From the NCBI GenBank assembly GCA_964549615.1, contig CAZJVP010000090.1:8107-72106 (forward strand): 64,000 nt of DNA. Reading direction: 5' to 3'. The DNA is from an uncultured Thermococci archaeon. Its GTDB lineage: Archaea > CAYQAE01 > CAYVLA01. This document shows, one piece after another, positions 9,176 to 18,624 of this stretch. The stretch's first letter is position 1; each line of letters begins with the position of its first letter. A program made the translations under genes and the position numbers. The notes under the pieces were generated by a model. It worked only from the letters and a program-made list of their open reading frames with translations, searched no databases and had not been told where the DNA came from.

Positions 9176-10375
9176 CTAACGCGCTCTTGTCACCTTGACC
9201 TCTCTGTACAGCCGCCTCCTGATCATCAGGGTCCACAACAGAGCCCCGCAGATCATGGCGGTTGCGGTCACCGCGAACCACTCAACCACGTAGGTCCATA
9301 GCAGCGCCCGCTCCTTGAGCGCCATCAACTGATCCGACAACGATCTGAACATCTCCTCGGTTTCCTGCAGCCTCGATAGCGCGTCAGGGTAGGCCTGCTC
9401 GAGGTAGAGCTGCTCGGCGTTCCTCTCCACAAGGCCAATCTCTACAAGGCTTCTCTCGGCGGGAGAAATCCGAGCGCCGAACTTCTCAACAAACTCCATC
9501 AGGCTAATCGCAAGCGCCCGCCTCGTGAAGTAATTGTGGAACCTCGTTCGGATGTCGTGCATGAGATCGAGGTCCTCGGGGATCTTTGCGCCAGCGTTGA
9601 GGAAGTTCATGTTGACCACGTAATCCGGGTAGAATCGCCAGTCATACATTACTGAAGTGCCCCACGCTGGCGTCCAATCCGGCGTGTGGGCGAGACCCGA
9701 ACCTTCCCCGTACTGCCAGTAGACCAGGACGGGGTGCTTTGGCTCGGCCGCCATCTGCAGGAGAATCTTGGCTCCCTCCTTGGGCTCAACGACGTTCATC
9801 CCGCCGAACGGCGGCATCGTGTTCCACGGCAGCGACCTAACGAAGGGGTCATCCGGATAGTTGGCCACCACCTTGAAGCTGATCTCGTAAGTCTTTCCAT
9901 CAACGCACTCCACAGGCAACGCCTCCTCTACGGACGAACCCTTCCATGTGGGATAGCCTTTCCCCCCGAAGGCCTCGATTCCCCCGACCATCATGAGGCC
10001 CATCCCCGTCTTCTCGACGCCGCGCTTGAACCACTCCAGCTGATCGGCCCTGTACAGCCCCCGGTTGGTATCGCTGAGAATGATCAGATCGTAGGAAGTG
10101 GTGAGGTCATCGAAGGTTCTCGGCATGTAAACCCTCATGAACTGGCGCAGCTGGCGATCGTTGTAGGTGCCTATGTGGGCATAGGTCGCGGGGATGGGCG
10201 TCCCGGTGAAGGACGGCTCCTCCATCATGTAGGTGTAGGGGGTTGGACCCCATGCATCGCCGATGTAGAGGATCCTGATCCTGTTGGTTACCGGATCCCT
10301 GCGGACATCGCGGCCGCATGCTCCTGGGATCTGGGCAGTTATCAAAACCAGGACAACAGCGCATGCGGCTCTCAT
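9176..10375 (-). CDS. Paralog family member 3
   Basis: RIRILYIGDAWGPTPYTYM, RVYMPRTFDD, YDLIILSDTN, GMGLMMVGGIEAFGG. C-terminus ALLWTYVVEWFAVTATAMICGALLWTLMIRRRLYREVKVTRAR. Start chosen at M44 of the track ORF (MRAACAVVLVLITAQIPGACG, signal peptide) because a ttttttatc TATA element lies ~30 nt upstream. Confidence 0.8.
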   Translation of the reverse strand: MRAACAVVLVLITAQIPGACGRDVRRDPVTNRIRILYIGDAWGPTPYTYMMEEPSFTGTPIPATYAHIGTYNDRQLRQFMRVYMPRTFDDLTTSYDLIILSDTNRGLYRADQLEWFKRGVEKTGMGLMMVGGIEAFGGKGYPTWKGSSVEEALPVECVDGKTYEISFKVVANYPDDPFVRSLPWNTMPPFGGMNVVEPKEGAKILLQMAAEPKHPVLVYWQYGEGSGLAHTPDWTPAWGTSVMYDWRFYPDYVVNMNFLNAGAKIPEDLDLMHDIRTRFHNYFTRRALAISLMEFVEKFGARISPAERSLVEIGLVERNAEQLYLEQAYPDALSRLQETEEMFRSLSDQLMALKERALLWTYVVEWFAVTATAMICGALLWTLMIRRRLYREVKVTRAR

Positions 10376-10500
10376 TCTGTAAGTACCGTTTCGGGCCCAC
10401 GATAAAAAACCTACGTTCCTGCCTGGAACTGCCCACCCGGACATCGTCGCGGCCGGCCTGTTGTCCAGACGCCACATCACTCCCCAACCGATCGAGACCT

Positions 10501-11400
10501 TCAACCTCGCCGAAGTCCCAGCAGTCTTACAGCATTCTCACGTGCTATCTTCCTAAAGACCCTCCTATCGATGTCCCCCGAGTCCTTCAACTCGAGCAGG
10601 AGATCAACCAACGGGGTTGGATTGTCCGGCGCACAGATGTCCAGGCCGAAGAGGAGCCGGTCCTCGAACTCGTTGAGGAAGCGCACGGCATTCTCCTTGT
10701 CCCTAGCAAGGGCATTGTAGCCGCTCCGCGCCGATAGATCCCCGTAGAGGTTTGGGTAACGCCTCATCAACCTCTGCACCGCGCCCTCCTGCCTGACTGG
10801 GTAGCTGGGATATCCCTTCCTATCCTCAGGCTTTCTAAGTCTGGCGATCTCGGCCCAGAACGGGGGCCCGTGGCCGAGGAAGATGAGATTAGGGAATGCC
10901 CTCAGGCAATGCTCAAGCTGCGGAAGTCCCGGTTCGTCGTACAGGCCGTATGCACAACCTATCCGCGTTGCCATGTCGAATGTTAGAGGCAAGCCAACAT
11001 TTTCGACCCACCTGAAGAGATTCTGCACCATCGGGTGCAGGAAGGGCATGTTGGGCATGACCTCGCCAACCCCCTTGCAACCGCAATCGCGGTAGTGCCT
11101 GAGCAGCTCACCGAGGGGAGCATCCACGGAATTGGTCATGGCGCGAGGATCCAGGTTGCAGAACGGGATGAAACGCCCGCCGGATGTTTCGGCGATCTCG
11201 AGTACTTCTTCGTTGGATTGGGGGAGGTAGACCTCGGGGCTGACCAGGGGCAGAAGGACGGCGCGCTCCACACCGATCGCGTCGTAGCGTTCAACCAACT
11301 GGCTGGGCGTGCAGAAGTTGCGCGGCCCAACTCGCCTGTAGGCATGGGCGTGGATATCGATGAACACCATCGTCCTCCCTCGCAGGCCCTTGGCTAACAA
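10501..11400 (-). CDS. Amidohydrolase-2 family metal-dependent TIM-barrel hydrolase
   Basis: MVFIDIHAHAY... is a His-x-His metal-binding start typical of PF04909-like amidohydrolases. Likely cytoplasmic. Start may be M11. Confidence 0.6.
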   Translation of the reverse strand: MLAKGLRGRTMVFIDIHAHAYRRVGPRNFCTPSQLVERYDAIGVERAVLLPLVSPEVYLPQSNEEVLEIAETSGGRFIPFCNLDPRAMTNSVDAPLGELLRHYRDCGCKGVGEVMPNMPFLHPMVQNLFRWVENVGLPLTFDMATRIGCAYGLYDEPGLPQLEHCLRAFPNLIFLGHGPPFWAEIARLRKPEDRKGYPSYPVRQEGAVQRLMRRYPNLYGDLSARSGYNALARDKENAVRFLNEFEDRLLFGLDICAPDNPTPLVDLLLELKDSGDIDRRVFRKIARENAVRLLGLRRG

Positions 11401-11609
11401 CCTCTAATAGTTTTGGCCGGCAAGACCTGCCGAGGCCTTCTGCAAGACGCCCGTGAGCCGCAGAACGATAGCCCTCACCCCGGCCGATCACCATCGAAGC
11501 ATGAAAGTCGACGGTCACGGCGTTTCGTCCACGGGACGGAGAACAACGCAGCTGCGGCCTTGCATCAAGCATGAGACCCGGCCGTCACGCCAGCCGTACG
11601 CCTAGCACA

Positions 11610-12812
11610 TCACTCAACCGCCCTCGTCATCCCAACCTCCCTGTAGAGGGCTCTCCTCACCATCAGCCACCAGACAAGTGTCCCCGCCATGGTGGCGGTG
11701 GCCGACACAACGCACCACTCCGCCACGTGCACCCACAGCAGTGCCTCCTTCTTGACCTTCATCATCTCCGCCTCCAGCACCGGATACTGTTTCAGCACGT
11801 CCTCGAGCATGTCGGCCGCGGCCACCGGGTCGTTGTCCGTGACGTAGGCCTCCCGTGCTTCCTTAACCTTCTCCTCCAAGGCATCGAACTTGCGCTCGAC
11901 GACGTTCACCTTCCCGCCGAAGCTCTCTATGAACTCCAACGTCGAAGCCGTGATGATCTTCCTGATCCTGGTCTCAACGAAGAGCTTCCTGGCCCTGTGC
12001 GCTGCGTCAAGATCCCCCGGCACCGGCTCGTCCGCGACGAAGAGCACCTGGTTGTAGACGAGATCCGGCCCGTACTCCCAGACCCTCACCTCATTCCGCA
12101 TGTTGTCCCAGCCGTGGTCTATCTGGAGGGTGTTCCCCCTGCCGAACTTCCCGGTCACGACGGCCGGCGTGCCCCTTCCTCTCCACTCGGCATCCACGAC
12201 GCTCCCGGGCCTGGGAAACAGGTCACCTTGGTGGCCCGAGTTTATCGGTATCTCCTCGATGCCAGGCAGGTTGAAGATCGGATCCCTCCTTAGAATCTTG
12301 TAGTATGTCCTGCCCTTGTTCGCCGGGATGTCGGTGGATAAGTCCACCTCGGCCGGGAAGGCCTGGTAGAGGGTTGTCTTCATCCACATGTCCATGTAGT
12401 TGGAGCCGGCGCCCCAGTTGGCAAATTCGATGAGTCCTAAGCCCAGGCCAACCTCCTCGACGGCCCGCCTGAAGTTCTGTATGTGGGAGCCTTCAAGCGC
12501 CAACGGGCCGAAATCTTCGAACATCATCGCGTCGTATCCCTCCGCAAGGGCCTTGAAGGTTCGAGGGATGTAGAGGCGCGTGAGCCTCTTTGCCTCGGAA
12601 AGCTGGATGTGCTGGGTCGAGCAGGGCACTATGGCCAGGTCGAACCTCGGCTCCGCGGCCAGCCAGTCAAGGAAAACCGTATTCCAGAAGTAGTACTCGC
12701 CAAGGAAAAGGACCCTTATCCGGCCCGTTCCGGGTTCCACGCGACAATCAACCGGCGAGAAGTTCACGGTTGCAAGAAGCAGAAGGAGAATGGTGCCGGT
12801 CCGAGAAAGCAC
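11610..12812 (-). CDS. Paralog family member 4 (divergent subgroup)
   Basis: Signal peptide MLSRTGTILLLLLATVNFSPVDC. GRIRVLFLGE, RLYIPRTFK, YDAMMFEDF, GLGLGLIEF. C-terminus ALLWVHVAEWCVVSATATMAGTLVWWLMVRRALYREVGMTRAVE. Confidence 0.75.
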   Translation of the reverse strand: MLSRTGTILLLLLATVNFSPVDCRVEPGTGRIRVLFLGEYYFWNTVFLDWLAAEPRFDLAIVPCSTQHIQLSEAKRLTRLYIPRTFKALAEGYDAMMFEDFGPLALEGSHIQNFRRAVEEVGLGLGLIEFANWGAGSNYMDMWMKTTLYQAFPAEVDLSTDIPANKGRTYYKILRRDPIFNLPGIEEIPINSGHQGDLFPRPGSVVDAEWRGRGTPAVVTGKFGRGNTLQIDHGWDNMRNEVRVWEYGPDLVYNQVLFVADEPVPGDLDAAHRARKLFVETRIRKIITASTLEFIESFGGKVNVVERKFDALEEKVKEAREAYVTDNDPVAAADMLEDVLKQYPVLEAEMMKVKKEALLWVHVAEWCVVSATATMAGTLVWWLMVRRALYREVGMTRAVE

Positions 12813-13211
12813 GGGCGGGGCTTGAGGCAGAGTAATTTATGGATTTCTTCGCCCTTGCTCATCGGCGGGGAATCTGAAGTAAGCTCCCTTCACCTGACGG
12901 TGCCCACCAAGCACGCACCTCGGACCGATGATTGATCCGGACCCTTTACCCGCGGTCCCTAGAATACCTTACGATCGCTTTGCCACATCGCCCGAAAGGG
13001 CCGATTCGCCGGACGCTGAATCGTGGCAAAATCCATGGATCTTTCGCGGCAACGAGACATGGAGGCAACCTAGCGCCGACGGCGGAATTGGTTTCCCAGG
13101 TCGTACGGTGGATCACAGGCGCGGATCCGTTTGCACTCACCAAACAAAATAAATGGGATGATGCCTAGCGCGTAAGCGATCCTTCAGCTCACCCAACACC
13201 CGGAGATCACA

Positions 13212-14456
13212 ATGAATTCAGGCGGTTCGGCCCACCTCGCGACAGGAAGGGATCTTTCCCTAGCCTCCCGGTGCGGGCTAGCTCTCATCACATTCGCGCT
13301 CCTCGCATCACCGTTTGTCACCCATTCAAGGACTGACCCCGACACGGGAAGGATAAGGGTCATCTTCCTCGGCGAAGTCAAGCCTGCGCAGTTCCCTTTC
13401 CCCTCTTGGATAGAGGCCGAGCCCAAGTTCACGCTGCGGCGCGTTCCATGCGACATAGAATGGTTCTCGGAAACTGATGCCCGTAGGTTCGCCCGCCTAT
13501 ATCTACCGAGGACCTATAAGGACCTAGTAGACCACTACGATGCCATCATCTTCGAGGACTTCACGCTGAGAATCCTTCCGGAAGGGACCTTGGAGAGGTT
13601 CCAGAAGGCCATAGGCGAGGATGGCCTTGGAATCGCCTTGGTCGAATACGTCTACTGGTCCGGCAACCTGAACGAGATCGACAGGTGGATGCAGTCAAGC
13701 TTTTACGATGTGTTTGCTGCGGATGTGGTCTTCGGGAGCGCCACCGACGTTGGGCGAAGGTTCTACGAGGTGTTGAGAAAGGAGCCCATCTTCGGCGTAC
13801 CTGATATCTCAAAATGGGCTATGAACGGCGCAAGCCACGGAGACCTCAGGGCAAGGGAGGGCGCAACCGTGGAAGCAATCTGGAGCCAGAGGAAGACGGA
13901 GGCCGTCGTCACGCGCAGCTACGGCAAGGGCTCGGTCATACAGATATCCCACGGTTGGGACAACATCCCGTCCGAAACCGTCATCGGGTATGAGTACCTT
14001 CCGGACCTGATCTTCAACGAGCTCTTCTTCACGGCAAAGGTTGCCCCTCCCGAGGACCTTGCCATGGTCCACACGATCAGGGTCGATCTCATCCAGATTG
14101 CCCAGAGAAGGGAGTCTGCGGTCGCGCTTCTGGATTTCGTTGACAGGTTCGGAGCGAACACTGCAAGGTTGGAGAGAATGCTTGGAGACCTTGACGGTGT
14201 GGTCAAGCAGGCGGAGAAGGATTATATCCTGTCAAGGTATGCCGAAGCACAGGAAGCCCTCCAACGGGCGACCGAGGGATACGCCCGGTTCTCCGATTCC
14301 GCGGTTGACCTGAAGAACCGTGCCATGCTTTGGATCTATGTCATCGAATGGATCACCGTTGCGGCTACCCTCATGATCTGCTTGGAAGCCGTCTGGATCC
14401 TCATGGTAAGGAGAAGGCTCTACAGGGCGGTGCACGTAACAAGGGCGGTCGGCTAG
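13212..14456 (+). CDS. Paralog family member 5 (divergent subgroup, pairs with member 4)
   Basis: GRIRVIFLGE, RLYLPRTYK, YDAIIFEDF. C-terminus AMLWIYVIEWITVAATLMICLEAVWILMVRRRLYRAVHVTRAVG. Divergently transcribed from member 4, with a shared 400-bp intergenic region. Confidence 0.75.
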   Translation: MNSGGSAHLATGRDLSLASRCGLALITFALLASPFVTHSRTDPDTGRIRVIFLGEVKPAQFPFPSWIEAEPKFTLRRVPCDIEWFSETDARRFARLYLPRTYKDLVDHYDAIIFEDFTLRILPEGTLERFQKAIGEDGLGIALVEYVYWSGNLNEIDRWMQSSFYDVFAADVVFGSATDVGRRFYEVLRKEPIFGVPDISKWAMNGASHGDLRAREGATVEAIWSQRKTEAVVTRSYGKGSVIQISHGWDNIPSETVIGYEYLPDLIFNELFFTAKVAPPEDLAMVHTIRVDLIQIAQRRESAVALLDFVDRFGANTARLERMLGDLDGVVKQAEKDYILSRYAEAQEALQRATEGYARFSDSAVDLKNRAMLWIYVIEWITVAATLMICLEAVWILMVRRRLYRAVHVTRAVG

Positions 14457-14491
14457 GCCCGTCGCCTGCCGAGAGGAAGCGACCAAAGCAC

Positions 14492-16048
14492 TCAACGTCT
14501 CTGCGTCACGCGCCCTGATGGGTTCGTCTCTTGCGCTCCAAGGCCTTCCACAGGCGAGGCCTCGTCCAACCATCGGTTCAGTTTCGCCTCGTGCTCGGCC
14601 GACCATCCAACGTAGCAGTTGGCCATTATCTCCTCGTAGGTGGTTGCCGGATTGTCAGCGGTTCGGCTGTAGCTGGCGTCGGAAAACTCGCCTGCCACGG
14701 CCCTCCTGCGCCACTCCCTGAACGCCTGTCGATTGTAAAGCATGCAGCGGCGGTGAACCTCCTCATAGTCCACGATCGCCCTGAGCTCCCGATCCATGGT
14801 CTCGACGACATCCCTTTTCGCGCTGCTCATGTTCCGGATCTCATCCGGGTCCTCGGCCAGGTTGAAGAGCTGGGGCGGGTAGCCTGGATATGCCACGTAC
14901 TTCCAGTCGCCCTTGCGCAGCATGAACATGGTGGTGTTTGTGGACTCGCCCGTGTGCAAGGCAAGCGCCCAGTTGCGGCTCTTCAGGGTTTCGCCTCGAG
15001 CCAGTGGCAAGAGAGATTCGCCGTCCAGGTTGCCTGGCGTCGGGAGACCGGCCATCTCGGCCACCGTGGGGAATATGTCTATCAAGGATACGATGTTATC
15101 GATCGTCCGACCCTTTATGACGCCTGGCCCAACTATGACCAGCGGCACTCGGGAGGAGCCCTCGTACATGCTCATCTTGTACCAGCTTCGGTGCTCCAGC
15201 GCAAGCTCGCCGTGGTCGCTTGTGAAGATGAAGTAGGTGTTGTCCCACAGGCCCAAGTCGTCCATCATCGCGACCATGTCGCCCACCATGGCATCCGCCT
15301 CGGCGCACATCGCGTAGTATGCCGCGCGGAAAACCTTCACGATCTCAGGCGCGAACCCGTGCCTCCAATTCTTGTTGATCCGCTGATACTCCATCACAGG
15401 GTGAACTTCCTCGTCCGCCGGAGGAACCCTAACCTCGTCAAGGTCAACCCGCTCCATCCAGTACGAGGTCGTGCGGTACGGTGGATGGACGGCGGACGTT
15501 GAGATGTAGAGGAAGAAAGGTTCCTCTCGACCCGCGTGAGCGGAGAGAAAATCCTTGGCCCTGGCGACCTTCTGCCAGTCTGCCTTCCAGGCGTTCCTCT
15601 CCTTCGTCGCGATGGAAAGATCCTGGTCTCCCCGACCGTAGACCGGCAGGCGGATGTCAGCCGGACCGGTCCACGCCGTGACGCGGGCGACGTGGCTGTG
15701 GCCGCCCGACCTATAGTCGCTCTTGCCCAGCCCTATGTCTCTATAGTCCTCCGCTGCGAAGCGGTAGCCCGCTTCGTGAAGCAGGTCCATCAGCGTCCTC
15801 TCGCCCGGCTCAAGCCCCTTATGGTTGTTCCAACTCTCGCAGTGATGGGTGTAGCGACCGGACCACATATTGGCCCGGGACGGGCAGCATAGGGGATGGC
15901 TACAGTAGGTGTGACGGAACAGCACGCCCCTGGAGGCAAGGGCATCGATGTTTGGGGTGGCACGACGCATGGCGGGATGTCCCATGCATCCAAGCGCCCG
16001 GCCGTCCCAGCTCTCTGCATGGAAGAACACGAAGTTCGGCCTCGGCAT
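14492..16048 (-). CDS. Cys-type sulfatase (formylglycine-dependent arylsulfatase family), apparently cytoplasmic
   Basis: The sulfatase signature C-x-P-x-R is present as LCCPSRANMWSGRY. Start chosen at M89 of the track ORF (MPRPNFVFFHAESWDG), which has the typical sulfatase N-terminus. A TATA-like element ~25 nt upstream suggests a leaderless mRNA. No signal peptide. Confidence 0.8.
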   Translation of the reverse strand: MPRPNFVFFHAESWDGRALGCMGHPAMRRATPNIDALASRGVLFRHTYCSHPLCCPSRANMWSGRYTHHCESWNNHKGLEPGERTLMDLLHEAGYRFAAEDYRDIGLGKSDYRSGGHSHVARVTAWTGPADIRLPVYGRGDQDLSIATKERNAWKADWQKVARAKDFLSAHAGREEPFFLYISTSAVHPPYRTTSYWMERVDLDEVRVPPADEEVHPVMEYQRINKNWRHGFAPEIVKVFRAAYYAMCAEADAMVGDMVAMMDDLGLWDNTYFIFTSDHGELALEHRSWYKMSMYEGSSRVPLVIVGPGVIKGRTIDNIVSLIDIFPTVAEMAGLPTPGNLDGESLLPLARGETLKSRNWALALHTGESTNTTMFMLRKGDWKYVAYPGYPPQLFNLAEDPDEIRNMSSAKRDVVETMDRELRAIVDYEEVHRRCMLYNRQAFREWRRRAVAGEFSDASYSRTADNPATTYEEIMANCYVGWSAEHEAKLNRWLDEASPVEGLGAQETNPSGRVTQRR

Positions 16049-16294
16049 CGGCTGCTGGGATTCCCTAGGGTGAAAAAATGTATGGTTCCACCCACGGCAA
16101 TGGCTCTTGGTTCCGCGGGAAAATGCTCGCATGAGGAAGCTCAAGAGTTCCGTGTCGCGCGTTGGTTGGCTCGCCGGCCTAGGGGAGGAGTGACCGGACT
16201 TTGCTCGCTCCGCCCAGCGGGTGCATCGGCCCCCGTCTTCCCGGGAAAGAGGAAAGAGGCCAAAGTTAAAAGGCACTTCGTCGTATGGTGGAGC

Positions 16295-17557
16295 ATGGCG
16301 CACAAGATGCAAGCTGCGCCTCCCCGGGCTATGAGGCAGGCCCTACGTCGAGTTGCGTTGTGCCTGCTGTTTCTAACAGTCCCAACGGCCTGGAGCCTGG
16401 AGGACGGCAGAATCGGGATGCTTTACGTGGGGTGCGTGGCGCGCTCCATGCCGTACTGGCTGATGAGGTCGGATCCACTCTTCCGAACAACCTTCGTCCA
16501 GGCGACGATCCGCGACTTCATGCTCTTCGGACCGATGCCGGCGCCGACCATTGAGGATCTGAACAGGCTGGTCAGGCTGTACATGCCCAGGACTTACGAC
16601 GACGTCGTGGCGAACTATGACGTCATCGTGTTCTTCGAGGCCAACGTCCAAGCTGTTGCGAATCACATAGACAAACTAGCCCGGGCCGTCTCCGAGGGAG
16701 GGCTCGGCATGGTTATGACCGGGGGCTGGCAGTCGTTCGGGGGCGCCACCGGCTACCCGCCGTGGGGCGTGACGGCGATCGGCCCGCTCCTCCCAACCGA
16801 GGACGTCGTTGGAGCTTGGCACGACTCCCCCCAGCACCGCATCATCATAGACAAACCGGACAATGAGTTCATCAGAAGCCTGCCCTGGGACCTCAGCGAC
16901 CCAGCCCTGTACGGCTCGGTATGGGACCACAACCTTCTCAAGGTGAGGCCAGGGGCCGAGCAGCTTGCGCACGTCGTCTCGCCCGGATGCGATGCCCCAC
17001 TGATGGTCACATGGAGGCTTGAGGGCGGCCCCAGGACCTTCTCCCTAGCGAGCGAGGGCGGCTGGCGGCTGTTCTCCATGGCGAAGTGGAGGTACGACTA
17101 CGATTTCTGCAGCAATCTGATGATCTACCTCGACGACCGGCCAGTCCCGCAGGACATCGCGCTCGTCCAAGCCGTCAGACACAAGATCTTCGAGGTGGCG
17201 ACCAGACGATCCATGATAGTGTCCCTGCTTGATTTTTGCGAGTCGTTTGGGGCGAACACGCAGAAGATTACGAGCAAGCTGATGGAGATCGACCGGGTGG
17301 CCGTCGAGGCCCTACCTCAGTATCTCCACCTCAACTTCGAGGGCGCGCTAGAGACCTACAAGACGGCGGCCAGGATGATCGAGAACCTTGAGGGCGAAGC
17401 CATGAAGCTTAAGGACAGGGCCCTCATGTGGATCTACGTCATCGAGTGGTTGGCCGTCACGGGCACCATGCTGGTATGCGGCATAGCGCTGTGGTCGCTG
17501 ATGGTTCGCCGAAGGCTGTACCGGCAGGTTCGATATACAAGGCTTGCAGCACGCTGA
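16295..17557 (+). CDS. Paralog family member 6
   Basis: The track ORF starting at 15896 is trimmed to MAHKMQAAPPRAMRQALRRVALCLLFLTVPTAWS (signal). RLYMPRTYDD, YDVIVFFEANV, GLGMVMTGGWQSFGG. C-terminus ALMWIYVIEWLAVTGTMLVCGIALWSLMVRRRLYRQVRYTRLAAR. TATA-like aaagttaaaagg ~25 nt upstream. Confidence 0.75.
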   Translation: MAHKMQAAPPRAMRQALRRVALCLLFLTVPTAWSLEDGRIGMLYVGCVARSMPYWLMRSDPLFRTTFVQATIRDFMLFGPMPAPTIEDLNRLVRLYMPRTYDDVVANYDVIVFFEANVQAVANHIDKLARAVSEGGLGMVMTGGWQSFGGATGYPPWGVTAIGPLLPTEDVVGAWHDSPQHRIIIDKPDNEFIRSLPWDLSDPALYGSVWDHNLLKVRPGAEQLAHVVSPGCDAPLMVTWRLEGGPRTFSLASEGGWRLFSMAKWRYDYDFCSNLMIYLDDRPVPQDIALVQAVRHKIFEVATRRSMIVSLLDFCESFGANTQKITSKLMEIDRVAVEALPQYLHLNFEGALETYKTAARMIENLEGEAMKLKDRALMWIYVIEWLAVTGTMLVCGIALWSLMVRRRLYRQVRYTRLAAR

Positions 17558-17627
17558 GGATCTCGCCCGGACAGGCGCACAAGCCCAACTCCGCCGCGGC
17601 CGCAAGGCTAGGCGCAATGCACGGCCG

Positions 17628-18494
17628 TCAGCGGACAACCGAAAAGAAGTGCGTAAAGAAAGCGTCGGGATCGACCTCCACGGCAACCTCGTGCCTTGGG
17701 GCCGACCCCCCACGTACGAAGGTCGTTAATCCCCGAAGCTCCTCCCTCTCGAGTTCCACCTGGACCGTGCCGGTCTCGAATCTGCAGATCCCATCATGGA
17801 ATATCGTTGCGGCCGCGAGCGGGTCGTGGAACGTGATTGCCTTGTTTTCCGCAAACCAGACCTCCGCGAAATCCAGCACGGGCCCCAATGCCCTAGAGCG
17901 AAACCTCCTTCTGGCCTCCTCCGCCTCCATGGTGACCTTCGTTGTCACATCGAGGCCCACGGAGCGATGCATCCTTAGCCTCGCGCCATACACGATCGAC
18001 GAAGCCTCAGGATCGCAGCCTGCGTTCCACTCAATGCGCCTCTCCCCGAAGAGGCCGCACATGCTCACCACCCCCCTCAGCAGGAAGGGTATCTCGGGAT
18101 CGCGGCGGAACAGGGCACCGACGTTTGTGAGGGGCCCGATCGTGACCAAGATCACCTCCTCCGGATGCTCGTGGACGGTTCGTCTCACAAAACCGACGGC
18201 CCGCCCCCGTGGGAAGCCCTGAGCATGATCCCAGCCCTCCAGGGCTGCGGCCTGCGGTGCTTTCGTCTGTTTTTGAGGAACGGCAAGGGGGACCTCGAAG
18301 CCGGGGAAGATCGGGACATCCCTGCCGAAGGCCCTGCATATGGCGCTTGCAAGCATCGCCCTCTTCTCTGCCTCTCCCGTCACGGTCGTTATCCCCAGCA
18401 GGTCGCATTCCGGCTGTGAGAGAAGATACGCTAGACAGACCGCATCGTCGATGTCGGATCCGATGTCTGTGTCGAGCAGGATCTTGACCGCCAT
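17628..18494 (-). CDS. Inosine-uridine preferring nucleoside hydrolase (IU-NH family)
   Basis: N-terminal DTDIGSDIDDAVCLAYLL fingerprint (DxDxxxDD). Divergent from the nucleoside ABC transporter operon. Confidence 0.8.
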   Translation of the reverse strand: MAVKILLDTDIGSDIDDAVCLAYLLSQPECDLLGITTVTGEAEKRAMLASAICRAFGRDVPIFPGFEVPLAVPQKQTKAPQAAALEGWDHAQGFPRGRAVGFVRRTVHEHPEEVILVTIGPLTNVGALFRRDPEIPFLLRGVVSMCGLFGERRIEWNAGCDPEASSIVYGARLRMHRSVGLDVTTKVTMEAEEARRRFRSRALGPVLDFAEVWFAENKAITFHDPLAAATIFHDGICRFETGTVQVELEREELRGLTTFVRGGSAPRHEVAVEVDPDAFFTHFFSVVR

Positions 18495-18624
18495 GTAGGC
18501 TTTCCTTATCAACGGATGGTTGGTCCATGGGTTTGCGGTAGCCTGAAATATTGCATTCTAGCGAAGCCTGGGGATCTTGTTGGGCGATGACCGGTCAGCC
18601 TGGAGACACCCGGACGATCGTGGA

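Noticed and set aside
8245-10405. ORFs 8245-9045 (+) and 9686-10405 (+) antisense to the GH5-like gene and paralog 3
   Set aside because: Low-complexity Arg/Pro/Gly-rich translations with no start context. The opposite-strand genes carry recognisable motifs.
14531-15502. 323-aa + strand ORF inside the sulfatase gene
   Set aside because: Antisense artefact. The sulfatase CxPxR signature and full-length homology are on the minus strand.
15896-16294. N-terminal 133 codons of track ORF 15896-17557 (and 30162-30581 of track ORF 30162-31955)
   Set aside because: Open reading frame upstream of the real start. Both overlap a neighbouring gene (sulfatase or metallophosphoesterase) and lack protein-like composition. 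Signal-peptide/family alignment and TATA position support the internal ATGs at 16295 and 30582.
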